From: Candidatus Cloacimonadales bacterium
Lineage (GTDB): Bacteria > Cloacimonadota > Cloacimonadia > Cloacimonadales > JAFGVF01
NCBI GenBank assembly: GCA_963662585.1
Contig: OY759729.1
Coordinates: forward strand, 2,336,001-2,400,000
DNA: 64,000 nucleotides
Reading direction: 5' to 3'
Made by a program: the position numbers and the translations under genes. The notes below the pieces were generated by a model. It made no database searches. It had not been told where the DNA came from and saw only the letters and a program-made list of their open reading frames with translations. This document shows positions 9,955 through 19,543 of this stretch, piece after piece; position 1 is the stretch's first letter, and each line of letters starts with the position of its first letter.

Positions 9955-11460
9955 ATGAAAAGAAATTTCTTTATTTTATTAATATTAGTAACAATAGGCA
10001 TGTTATTTGCTACTAATGGTATGAATATGATAGGTTACGGCCCAAGATCATCAGCTATGGGTGGATTTAGTTTAGGATTGTTAGATGATGCAAATTCAGT
10101 AAATACAAATCCTGCTGCTATTTCATTTTTGGAAGATAAGCAATTAGAATTAAATCTGGGCTTACTGATTCCTAAAGTAAACTTCAAAAATTCCTTAAAT
10201 GATGTGGAAGGAGAAAGTGAAATCTTCCCATTACCAAATTTCTCTTATGTTCATGGAAGAAATTGCAAATATACATTTGGACTTGGTGTTTACTCTCAAG
10301 GTGGAATGGGCGCAACATACAAAGATGTAAAACATGATGTTTTCAGACAGTATGATATGGATCCAATGACACAAGACGATGCTTATATCAGTGATTTAGA
10401 ATATCATTCTATGATTGCTTATTTCAAAGTTATGCCTACTTTTGCATATCAGATTAATCCACAATTCTCAGTAGGTATATCTCCAAGCTTTGGTTATGCT
10501 ATGATGGAAATGAAAATGCCTTATTCAATCGCACCTTCAGAGATGAAGGGTCTTGCTCAACCAGGCATGACCTTTGGCGATATGTTTGGTATGCCAATGG
10601 ATCAAGGTGGACTTGGTTATGAAGAAGTTACAGCTTATGCTGATTTAGGTGATGGTGCTACAGCAATGGGATTTGGTGCAAGAATCGGTGCATCTTATAT
10701 GGTAAACGAGGATTTATCTTTAGGTTTTACCTATAGCTCAAAATCAACACTTACTTTGGAAGGTGATGCTTCTATGGATATGACAGCACAATTCGGACAA
10801 GCTTATGAACGCATGGTTGGTGGTGCAATGCAACAAGGTGCTCCTGATCTTGCCACAGCTCAACAAATGGTAGGTCAACAATTAGCAGGAATGGGAATTG
10901 ATATGTCTCTTGGTATGATTTCAGATTATGATGCTGAAATCGAAATGTCATGGCCTCAAGAGTTAGGTATTGGTTTTGCCTACAATGCTACACCTAGATT
11001 ACTTCTTGGTGCTGATGTGAAATGGATTGGTTGGAAAGACTCTATGGAAGAGTTTAAGATGAAATTTAAAAATGGAAATAACCAAAATATAAATACTATG
11101 ATGGGTTCAGAAGATTTAGAACTTTCGATGCCAATGGAATGGGATGACCAAATTGTGATTGCTTTAGGTGCTGAATTTGCTGTTAATCCTATGTTAGATC
11201 TTAGAGCTGGATATAATTTTGGCAACAATCCTGTTCCAGAAGAAACTGTAATTCCAATTTTCCCAGCAGTTGTTGAAAATCATATAACTATGGGTTTAGG
11301 TCTAAATCTTAATCCTAGATTATCACTTGATATGGCTTATGAGTTGAATTTAAAGAAAGAACTTGAAGTTGATATAAGTAAGATTGCTAATGAATACAAT
11401 CAAAGTACAAGTTCACTTTCAGAAAATGTTTTCCATTTTGGTGTTTCTTATAAACTATAA
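9955..11460 (+). CDS. FadL/TodX (OmpP1-family) outer-membrane transport protein
   Basis: Signal peptide followed by TNG...G-R...MGG and the NPA motif; C-terminal YKL. GGGAGG RBS before ATG 9955. Confidence 0.88.
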   Translation: MKRNFFILLILVTIGMLFATNGMNMIGYGPRSSAMGGFSLGLLDDANSVNTNPAAISFLEDKQLELNLGLLIPKVNFKNSLNDVEGESEIFPLPNFSYVHGRNCKYTFGLGVYSQGGMGATYKDVKHDVFRQYDMDPMTQDDAYISDLEYHSMIAYFKVMPTFAYQINPQFSVGISPSFGYAMMEMKMPYSIAPSEMKGLAQPGMTFGDMFGMPMDQGGLGYEEVTAYADLGDGATAMGFGARIGASYMVNEDLSLGFTYSSKSTLTLEGDASMDMTAQFGQAYERMVGGAMQQGAPDLATAQQMVGQQLAGMGIDMSLGMISDYDAEIEMSWPQELGIGFAYNATPRLLLGADVKWIGWKDSMEEFKMKFKNGNNQNINTMMGSEDLELSMPMEWDDQIVIALGAEFAVNPMLDLRAGYNFGNNPVPEETVIPIFPAVVENHITMGLGLNLNPRLSLDMAYELNLKKELEVDISKIANEYNQSTSSLSENVFHFGVSYKL

Positions 11461-11481
11461 TTTAAATAATTGATTTTAACG

Positions 11482-11517
11482 GAAAAAAAGGAAGTTCTTA
11501 GGAATTTCCTTTTTTTC
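11482..11517 (+). terminator. intrinsic terminator of the FadL gene; intron insertion site
   Basis: gaaaaaaaggaagttc-ttag-gaatttcctttttttc hairpin 21 nt after the stop codon. Confidence 0.8.
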
Positions 11518-13628
11518 GTTTGCCCAGAATGTTATCTGAGCCGATGGACTGAAAGAAGTCCTGACACCCAACTGACAGGAAGTCAATCTGAGGTCAAGGG
11601 CGTTGCTGGCAACGGCAGGGTCTGAAGTAAGACGCAGGAAGAATGTGGAACATAGCGAAAGTAAACTGATTTTGGTTCATGTAGTGGGTAACTCTTCGAA
11701 AAGTGAGAACGCCCAAAAGTCAGTCGATTACATGGATTACAACAGATGGATTTACATTCAGGCAGGATAGCTTAACTGGGGAAGCCTGTTAATGTCTCTA
11801 ATAGAGTAACTATGACTACAAGCTGAAAGGCAAGAGTTGTATTAAGCATAAGCAGGTGGCAGATGATTCCGTAGTAGTGACTAACCCTTTGCCTATGAAA
11901 GCTGGTGACAGACTGGAGGATAAAACAGAGGGGACAATATTCTTAGTAATATTGGGGGATATTTTTCAAAAGGAAATATCTCATGTGAAGGGATGAAGAT
12001 AAACCAAAGAATAAACATAATTAAAGAGATATTTTCTTAAAAGTAGGAAACGAAGAGAATCGAAAGATTCAAGGCTCGGATAGACGGTGGTGAGTACCTT
12101 CTTTCTATCATGACCTTACGAGACTGAGTAGATGAAGTTAAAAAAAGGATAATAGTCAAAACCTATAAAATCTTTGATAGATTGCTTTATGCTAAAAACT
12201 TCGAAGGTCTTCATTGAATTAACTGTCATTTGAAAGTATAATTTAAACATTGTTTATTGTGAAAAAGGAGAAACTAAATGAAAAAGTGGTACAGTTTAAT
12301 TGATAAAGTTTACTCAAAAGGTAATCTCTATGAATCTTTCCTAAAGGTAAAGAAAAATAGAGGTGCAGAAGGTATAGATAATATTACTATATCTAAGTTT
12401 GGTGAGACTCTACAAGAGAACTTAGAGCAGATTCATTTAGAATTGAAAAGTGGGAAGTATATCCCATCACCTGTGAAACGGGTAGAGATACCTAAAGGAA
12501 ATGGTAAGATGAGGCCATTAGGAATACCTACTGTAAAAGATAGAATCGTACAGCAGGCAATAAATAACATCATCCAACCAATTTTTGAACCTGATTTTCA
12601 TCCACAAAGCTATGGCTACCGTCCCAACAAAAGTTGTCAAAAGGCAGTGGCTAAAGCACATATATTAATGGTTCAGGAAGAGCTTCCTTTTGTAGTGGAT
12701 ATGGATTTATCAAAATGTTTTGATACATTAAATCATAAATTCATAATGCAATCATTAAATAGGAAAATAAGTGACGGAACATTATTAAAGTTGATAGAGA
12801 AAATCTTAAAGTCTGGTGTTATGCAAGAAGGGAAGTATAGCGAAACTGAAGTAGGAAGTCCACAAGGAGGGGTAATCTCTCCACTTCTTATGAACATATA
12901 TCTTGATAGTTTTGACCAAGAAATGAAAAGTCGAGGAATCGAGATAGTACGCTATGCTGATGACATTTTACTTTTTGCTAAGACTAAGAAAAAAGCAGAA
13001 CAATATCAACGAATTGCGGTAGAATATCTAAACTCAATTTATCTCATCGTAAATGAAGAAAAGACACATATTGCGAGTGTATTTAAAGGAGTCAAGTATC
13101 TTGGCTTCGAAATACATGAATCATATGTAAAGATAGAGGATAAAAGAGTAAAAGCGTTCAAAGATAAGATTCGGTCACTGACTCCACGGAATAGCGGAAT
13201 TAATGTCCAGACAATGATTAAAAGACTTAATCCGATATTGAGAGGTTGGTCGAATTACTTTAGGGTGGCAAATTGCAAAGGAGTCTTTCAGTCTCTATTA
13301 TCATGGATAAGGCGGCGACTAAGAATGAAGAAAATGCGGGAATGGAAAAGTTGGAAAGCTTTTCACCAACAACTTAGAAGAGTTGGGCATAAAAGTGATT
13401 TTCCGAAAATATCTATGACACATTGGAAGAATTCTGGTTGTTATCATATTCATAGAGCTTTACCTAATGAATGGTTTGAGCAATTAGGGCTATATGACTT
13501 ACTATCGAAACCTACAAGTGTTTTATTTAATTATTATGAATAATTACAAGGTTTATCAGGAGCCGTGTACGAGTCCCGTACGCACGGTTCTGTGAGAGGG
13601 ATGGTGCTAACGCACCACCCTACTCGAT
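11518..13628 (+). mobile_element. group II intron, class C-like, apparently full length
   Basis: 5' end GTTTGCCCAGAATG aligns with the class C consensus GTGCGCCCRGCATG. Short domain V gagccgtgtacgagtcccgtacgcacggttc (13560-13590), domain VI ending ccctactcgAT at 13628. Encodes an RT/maturase and sits directly after a terminator hairpin. Confidence 0.9.
12278..13543 (+). CDS. ltrA: group II intron reverse transcriptase/maturase, no endonuclease domain
   Basis: RPLGIPTVKDRIVQ, GSPQGGVISPLL, RYADD, domain X (LNPILRGWSNYF); 421 aa. Confidence 0.95.
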   Translation: MKKWYSLIDKVYSKGNLYESFLKVKKNRGAEGIDNITISKFGETLQENLEQIHLELKSGKYIPSPVKRVEIPKGNGKMRPLGIPTVKDRIVQQAINNIIQPIFEPDFHPQSYGYRPNKSCQKAVAKAHILMVQEELPFVVDMDLSKCFDTLNHKFIMQSLNRKISDGTLLKLIEKILKSGVMQEGKYSETEVGSPQGGVISPLLMNIYLDSFDQEMKSRGIEIVRYADDILLFAKTKKKAEQYQRIAVEYLNSIYLIVNEEKTHIASVFKGVKYLGFEIHESYVKIEDKRVKAFKDKIRSLTPRNSGINVQTMIKRLNPILRGWSNYFRVANCKGVFQSLLSWIRRRLRMKKMREWKSWKAFHQQLRRVGHKSDFPKISMTHWKNSGCYHIHRALPNEWFEQLGLYDLLSKPTSVLFNYYE

Positions 13629-13717
13629 TTTGCTTTATAGGAAAAGACTAACTATAATATAATTACTAATCTTTCCGACACCTAAGTTATTGCAAATAAA
13701 CTACTAATTTGCACATC

Positions 13718-13807
13718 ATAGCGACTTCCGACAGACAAATTTCTTCGTCCGAAGTCCCTTGCCTACGGCTGAGGAAGTCCGGTCTTCAGGGTGTCCACTA
13801 TCCGACA
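13718..13807 (+). repeat. left arm of ~90-bp inverted repeat pair 1 (partner 18697-18786)
   Basis: 13718-13776 is the exact reverse complement of 18728-18786 (59/59); similarity continues ~31 nt to ATCCGACA. Confidence 0.95.
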
Positions 13808-13974
13808 GAGAGATGTTCAAACCTTTAGAGTGGATATTTATAATTTAAATTTATCAAAATAAGCTTTTTTTCTTGACTATTAAAATTTACAAATTATTAA
13901 TGTATTTTAAGAAAAAAAAAGAGTATAAGCAGTGGTAAGAACAAGGATATGATGCTTCAAATTTAGGAGTTTTA

Positions 13975-15783
13975 ATGAAATATATAGTGGTTATTATATT
14001 TTTAATCAGCACAATAATGTTATCAGGTTTGGCTATAGATGAGGAATTAGAACAGGCTCGAGGAAGATTTGGTCAGATTATAGTAGGACGAGGAGAGGCT
14101 GAATCTGAGCTAGAAGCTGATAGGATTGCCTTGCAAGATTTAACATCCCAAATTCTGGTAACAGTCCAGGGTAGTTTTAAGAATATTGCTAAAGAGGATG
14201 GAGTAACAGTTGAAGAGTATTGTGAAAAAGTCGTAACTACCTATAGCAATGTTAAATTGGCAAATGCTATCAAGTTAGTAGAGTCTAAAGGTAAGACTAA
14301 AATAGTTTACCGATATATTACTAACGAAGAAAAGGAGAGGCTTTTTCGTGAGAGAAGGAGTCAAATTCTTAACTTTGTGATTGAGGGAGAGAGAGCTTTA
14401 AAGAAAGATAATATTACTGATGCTTTACGAAATTATTATTGGGCTTTAATTCTCCTAAAATCTCATCCAGATGGAGAGAGTATTAGTTACTTTTGGGGTG
14501 ATGATGAGAGATTGTTACAAATCGCCTTACCCTCAGAGATGGAGAAAATACTCTCTAAAATCAAGATAGAATTGATTAACAGCAAGTCTGAAGCAAACTC
14601 TAATTGTACAGAATTGGTTTTTCAAGTTAGCTATAATAACCAGCCTGTGAATGGTTTATTAATCAACTATCATGATGGCTATCGTTGGTCTCAGCAAACT
14701 AAATGGACAAATGGATTAGAGTATATTAATATAAATAATACAACTTTGAAAAGTCAGAAAAGATTGGTATTCAAAATAGATTATACTTTCGCTAATCACA
14801 GCTTTTGTGAAGAGATTTCAAAGGCGATGAATAGTATTTCTCCTATTACACTACAATATTCTGAAAAGAGCGTAGAGCTAACCAAGAAAGACTTTGCCCT
14901 GCAAAAAAAGAAAAACAATGATTTTACCTATGATTCTAGTGTTAGTAAAATTACTGAATCCATTATTAACGATGTTTTAGATGCTATTTCAACTAAAGAT
15001 TTAGTGCAGGCAAGAAAACATTTCACCTCAAAGGGTTTTCAACAATTTAATGCTCTGATGGGCTATGGAAACGCCGCAATTATTCCCTCTAAGACAACTA
15101 TAAAACAAGCTGAATTTACGGATAATAAGGTTATTAGGTCTATACCAATGAAATTTAGTTTTTCTAGCTCCAAAGAGAATTTCACTGAAAGAGTAAATTT
15201 TATTCTTGATAAAAATGAAAAGATTGATGGGATTAGTTTTGCCCTTTCGCAAGAAGCTTGCTCCGATATCTTAAACAAAGATTTTGCCACTGATGAAGAG
15301 AAAATGCTAATTATAAATTTCGTTGAACAATATAAAACTGCCTACTGTCTAAAAGATATAGATTTTATTCAAAAAGTTTTCTCTAATGATGCTCTAATAA
15401 TCGTGGGAAATGTTGTCCGCACAGAGCCTGATAAATTTAATGATAAGCTGTATGGTCAGCTAAATAAAACAACAGTAGAGTATGTCAAACTAAAAAAAGA
15501 ACAATATGTAGAACGCTTAGCCAAGCAATTTAATAATCAGGAGTTCATTAATATTCGTTTTTCAGATAACTCTATAGATAAAGTGATGTCTGATAATAAT
15601 AAAGTTTTTGGGATTCAAATTGCCCAATACTACTATTCAGCTTCTTACGCTGATGCTGGCTATCTTTTCTTAATGTTCGATTTACATGATATAAAGCACC
15701 CTAAAATAATGGTTAGATCATGGCAACCCGAAAAGAATGAAGATGGATCTATAATTGGTTTAGAAAACTTTTCTTGGGAATAA
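13975..15783 (+). CDS. secreted hypothetical protein (LPP20-like N-terminus, NTF2-like C-terminus)
   Basis: Signal peptide, AGGAG RBS, 602 aa. C-terminal YYYSASYADAGYLFLMFD...VRSWQP. Domain calls are from recognition only. Confidence 0.7.
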   Translation: MKYIVVIIFLISTIMLSGLAIDEELEQARGRFGQIIVGRGEAESELEADRIALQDLTSQILVTVQGSFKNIAKEDGVTVEEYCEKVVTTYSNVKLANAIKLVESKGKTKIVYRYITNEEKERLFRERRSQILNFVIEGERALKKDNITDALRNYYWALILLKSHPDGESISYFWGDDERLLQIALPSEMEKILSKIKIELINSKSEANSNCTELVFQVSYNNQPVNGLLINYHDGYRWSQQTKWTNGLEYININNTTLKSQKRLVFKIDYTFANHSFCEEISKAMNSISPITLQYSEKSVELTKKDFALQKKKNNDFTYDSSVSKITESIINDVLDAISTKDLVQARKHFTSKGFQQFNALMGYGNAAIIPSKTTIKQAEFTDNKVIRSIPMKFSFSSSKENFTERVNFILDKNEKIDGISFALSQEACSDILNKDFATDEEKMLIINFVEQYKTAYCLKDIDFIQKVFSNDALIIVGNVVRTEPDKFNDKLYGQLNKTTVEYVKLKKEQYVERLAKQFNNQEFINIRFSDNSIDKVMSDNNKVFGIQIAQYYYSASYADAGYLFLMFDLHDIKHPKIMVRSWQPEKNEDGSIIGLENFSWE

Positions 15784-15827
15784 GTGGAAAATAAATAAAA
15801 AAAATATACAAGATTGATGAGGATTAA

Positions 15828-18563
15828 ATGCACAAAATTCTACTAATATTACTACTTTTGCAGGTTTCCCTAATTTTTGGAGCCCAATTCGATATAGTCT
15901 CTGAAATTGAAGAAGATCCTTTGCACATGGGCTTGATGCAAATGGCTGATAACGATAAGTTGGATAATAACGGAGAACTGGGAGCACTGTTGATAGTTAA
16001 TTGTGGCATCCAAGATCTCTTCTTTAAAAATATGGTAAGTAAAATATCTCAGATTGATAAAAGTGGTGCTTACTGGGTAGTTATGAAACAAAGAGCTCAG
16101 TATTTCGTGCTTTCTAAAGAGGGCTTTGCTAATTATAGATATGATTTTCCTACGCCTCTGGTAAGTGGGGCTGTCTATAAAATGACCATTGATGAACTAA
16201 ATAAACAAGCTGCTACAGTTACTTTAGTTATTACCTCCAATCAAGATAAAGCTTCTGTTTATGTAAAAGGTGAATTGATTGGAAAAACAGAGAATAAGCT
16301 TTTAACTATTGATTTACCCTTAGGCAATAATGAGATTGAAGTTAGAAAATCAGGGTTTAAATCTAAGTCAATAACTCATAATTTATCACCTGAAAATAAT
16401 AAAGTTGAAATCAATCTGCAAGCAGTTCTCCCGACCGCAGTTACTATCACCACAGAGCCAGAAGGAGCAAGTGTCTATATCGATAATGTCCTCTTTGGTA
16501 CTTCTCCTAAAAGTAGCTTCTTTGATGAAGGGACTTATCCTATAAAAATCGAAAAAGAGAGTTATGCGACTATTAATGAAGAGATAACTATTAAAGAACC
16601 GGAGACAAAGAAACACTTTAAGCTAAAAGATATCCGGGCAACTTTGACAATTAAGACTAATCCTGGAGCTACTGTAATTTTGAATGGTACAAGCTATAAA
16701 GGTGGTCTAAAAGACCAAAAACTTAATCCTCAAACTATTAATATTAAAGTGGAAGAAGAGTTTTGTGAAACGATTAGTGAGTCTTATACATTGAAGGAGA
16801 ATGAGGTTAAGGTATTTGATTTGTATCCTAAAGATATTCGGGCAACTATAACTATCAAGACAAATTCCGAGGCTATAGTAACGCTCAACGGTATCCAATA
16901 TAAAGGTGGTCTAAAAGACCAAAAACTTAATCCTCAAACTGTTAATATTAAAGTGGAAGAAGAGTTTTGTGAAACGATTAGTGAGTCTTATACATTGAAG
17001 AAGAATGAGGTTAAGGTATGGGAACTATACCCTCAAAACATTTCAGGGACAATAACTATCAATACAAACCCTAAAGCAGAAGTGCTAATTAATGGTAAGA
17101 GCTTTACCGGTAGTATTCAGAAAAAGAAGTACTTACCAGGGAATATCTCTATAAAGGTAACACAAGATTTTTGTGAAACGATTAACGAAAGTTATAGTCT
17201 AAGTTCGAATGAAGATAAAATTTTCGATTTATACCCTCAAAATATCTCCGGTTCAGTTACTATAAACACTAATCCTCAAGCTAAAGTAATAATCAACGGT
17301 GAAGTCTATACCGGAAGTGTTAAGAACAAAAAGTATCTGCCAGGCCAAATCTCCCTTACTGTAACTCAAGAGTTTTGTGAGACTATAAAGGATAATTTTA
17401 TTCTAAACTCAAATGAAGATAAGATAGTTGATTTGTTCCCTAAGGATATATCTGGGTATGTGACTATTAAAACTAATCCACAAGCAAAGATATTTATTAA
17501 TAATAAAGAATATCAAGAAGTCAATAAATTAAGAATGATCCCACAAGTGTTAGAAATAAAGATTCAACAAGCTAAAGCTGATGATATTGAAAAGGTTGTT
17601 ACGCTTAAAGCTGGGGATGATAATACTTTAGAATTATTACCTGAAATAAATAAATCCAGAATTGATATAGTAGTTATTCCCACAACAGCTTCCATTGAGC
17701 TTAAAGGTGATGCAGGAGAACACTACACAGCTATAGGCAGAAAAAGCTTTACCGATATCCCTATTGGGACTTATGATCTGACTATCTCAAATGATGGTTA
17801 CAAAACTCATAAAGAAGCCATTAAGCTTACTGCCGATGATATGGTGCAGAAACAGATTAGCTTGGAAGAAGGTTCTGATATTCCAGATACTTTCGTCTTT
17901 GTTCAAGGTGGCACTGTTAATATTTGGATATATGAGGTAACTGTCTCAGATTTTTATATTGGTAAATATGAAGTAACCCAAGCAGAGTGGCAAGAGGTTA
18001 TGGGCAGTAATCCTTCTAATTTTAAGGGAGATAATAAACCAGTAGAACAAGTAACTTGGTATGATGCTGTAGAATTTTGTAATAAAAAGAGTAGAAAAGA
18101 AGGTTTAGAAGAAGTTTATTCTGGTTCAGGGCCTAATATTAAATGTGATTTTTCTAAAAATGGTTACCGCTTGCCTACTGAAGCAGAGTGGGAGTTTGCA
18201 GCCAAAGGTGGTAATAAATCAAAAGATTATACTTATAGTGGTAGTAATAATATAGCTGAAATTGCTTGGTATGTAGGTAATAGTAATAAATCAACTAAGC
18301 ATGTTGGTGGTAAAAAACCTAACGAACTTGGGATATATGATATGTCTGGTAATGTTTATGAGTGGTGCTGGGATTGGTATGGTAGCTATAGTTCTAATTC
18401 GCAGAGTAATCCTGTAGAACCACCATGGGACTCTTCCCGTATGCTTTTTGGAGGTAGCTGGAGCAGCAGTGCTTACGACTGTCAGGTAGTTAATCGTGAC
18501 TTTATCAAACCGTTTCGTGAAGACAGCGGTATCGGCTTCCGTCTTGCCCGTAGTTCAGAATAG
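15828..18563 (+). CDS. secreted PEGA-repeat protein with C-terminal FGE-sulfatase (SUMF1/C-type-lectin-fold) domain
   Basis: Signal peptide; PEGA repeats (TTEPEGASVYID, TNPxAxVxxNG); FGE motifs YEVTQ, PVEQVTW, RLPTEAEWEFAA, NELGIYDMSGNVYEW, GGSW, GFRL. Confidence 0.92.
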   Translation: MHKILLILLLLQVSLIFGAQFDIVSEIEEDPLHMGLMQMADNDKLDNNGELGALLIVNCGIQDLFFKNMVSKISQIDKSGAYWVVMKQRAQYFVLSKEGFANYRYDFPTPLVSGAVYKMTIDELNKQAATVTLVITSNQDKASVYVKGELIGKTENKLLTIDLPLGNNEIEVRKSGFKSKSITHNLSPENNKVEINLQAVLPTAVTITTEPEGASVYIDNVLFGTSPKSSFFDEGTYPIKIEKESYATINEEITIKEPETKKHFKLKDIRATLTIKTNPGATVILNGTSYKGGLKDQKLNPQTINIKVEEEFCETISESYTLKENEVKVFDLYPKDIRATITIKTNSEAIVTLNGIQYKGGLKDQKLNPQTVNIKVEEEFCETISESYTLKKNEVKVWELYPQNISGTITINTNPKAEVLINGKSFTGSIQKKKYLPGNISIKVTQDFCETINESYSLSSNEDKIFDLYPQNISGSVTINTNPQAKVIINGEVYTGSVKNKKYLPGQISLTVTQEFCETIKDNFILNSNEDKIVDLFPKDISGYVTIKTNPQAKIFINNKEYQEVNKLRMIPQVLEIKIQQAKADDIEKVVTLKAGDDNTLELLPEINKSRIDIVVIPTTASIELKGDAGEHYTAIGRKSFTDIPIGTYDLTISNDGYKTHKEAIKLTADDMVQKQISLEEGSDIPDTFVFVQGGTVNIWIYEVTVSDFYIGKYEVTQAEWQEVMGSNPSNFKGDNKPVEQVTWYDAVEFCNKKSRKEGLEEVYSGSGPNIKCDFSKNGYRLPTEAEWEFAAKGGNKSKDYTYSGSNNIAEIAWYVGNSNKSTKHVGGKKPNELGIYDMSGNVYEWCWDWYGSYSSNSQSNPVEPPWDSSRMLFGGSWSSSAYDCQVVNRDFIKPFREDSGIGFRLARSSE
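16695..17019 (+). repeat. recent intragenic duplication of a PEGA unit (204-bp period)
   Basis: 16695-16815 and 16899-17019 differ at 2 positions; two more diverged 68-aa units follow. Confidence 0.9.
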
Positions 18564-18696
18564 TTTTTAGCTATAACAACAAGAAATTAGCGAGAGCATT
18601 GCTAGGGTGGCTAATTAAAAAAGCCTACCAAGTAATGATAGAGGTAATTTCGAAAGATGAAGCTTATTGTCAATGGAAGGGTTTCTGCTTTTCTTT

Positions 18697-18786
18697 TGTC
18701 GGATTGAGGACAACCCTGAAGACCGGTTTCCTCAGCCGTAGGCAAGGGACTTCGGACGAAGAAATTTGTCTGTCGGAAGTCGCTAT
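18697..18786 (-). repeat. right arm of inverted repeat pair 1
   Basis: Reverse complement of 13718-13807. Confidence 0.95.
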
Positions 18787-18863
18787 TCCGTAAAATTGCT
18801 TAAAACTCTGTGAAACTCCTCTTACAACTCATCTTTACTCTGTGTTAAGGGACTCTTCAAGAA

Positions 18864-18886
18864 GGCGTATGGCAATACGCCCCTAC
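18864..18886 (-). repeat. GTAG-type REP-like palindrome
   Basis: Minus strand reads GTAGGGGCGTATTGCCATACGCC; related to 29732-29756. Confidence 0.75.
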
Positions 18887-19118
18887 ATTCGCGTTAATTC
18901 GTGTGAATGTCCAGTCCTAAATAATTTGACTGATTTTTGCAATAGTTATTTTCCTTATTAAATCCTTTGAGTCTAAGCTAAGGCTTAGCCTTCACAAGAC
19001 AGGGTAATTTTTGTAGGTACTCTTTACCCAGGGTCAATTCAACTTCGTTTTTTCAAAACTTCTTTGAATGAGACCCTGGGCTAATCTATTTAATCCCTTG
19101 GTGATATTTTCTTAATTA

Positions 19119-19508
19119 GTGAAATTAGTGGATAGAAATAGTATTTTAATAGCTGAAGACAATAAACTTAATTTGAAACTTATCACTACTATTCTGCTTA
19201 AGTTACTTCCTAATGCTAAAATAGATTCAGCTGGAAATGGAATTATAGCAAAAGACAAAGCAACTAAAAGAGCTTATGACATTATATTAATGGACTTACA
19301 GATGCCAGATATGGATGGAATAACATCCACAAAGTTAATTATTGAAGAATTGAGAAGTAAAACACCACCAATCATTGCTCTTACTGCAAATGCCACAGAT
19401 GATGATAGAGCAATGTGTTTAAAAGCAGCTATGACAGGCTTCTTAACAAAGCCGATAAATAAACAGAATCTAATAAAAGTTTTGAACAACAATCTGCTAA
19501 AAAAATAG
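19119..19508 (+). CDS. stand-alone receiver domain, possibly the remnant of a hybrid kinase
   Basis: ILIAEDN, DIILMDLQMPDMDG, PIIALTANA, FLTKP. GTG start with no clear RBS. Confidence 0.8.
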   Translation: MKLVDRNSILIAEDNKLNLKLITTILLKLLPNAKIDSAGNGIIAKDKATKRAYDIILMDLQMPDMDGITSTKLIIEELRSKTPPIIALTANATDDDRAMCLKAAMTGFLTKPINKQNLIKVLNNNLLKK

Positions 19509-19543
19509 TAGAGTTTAATTTCTTATTAAAGTATCCACAGCTG

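Noticed and set aside
11482..11517. attC site or integron at the intron target
   Set aside because: It is a simple A/T-tailed terminator hairpin without attC box structure, and no integrase is present.
12278..18563. RT plus FGE gene as a complete DGR
   Set aside because: The RT has domain X and sits inside intron domains I-VI. I found no template repeat or avd in the window, including the intron's long 5' region.
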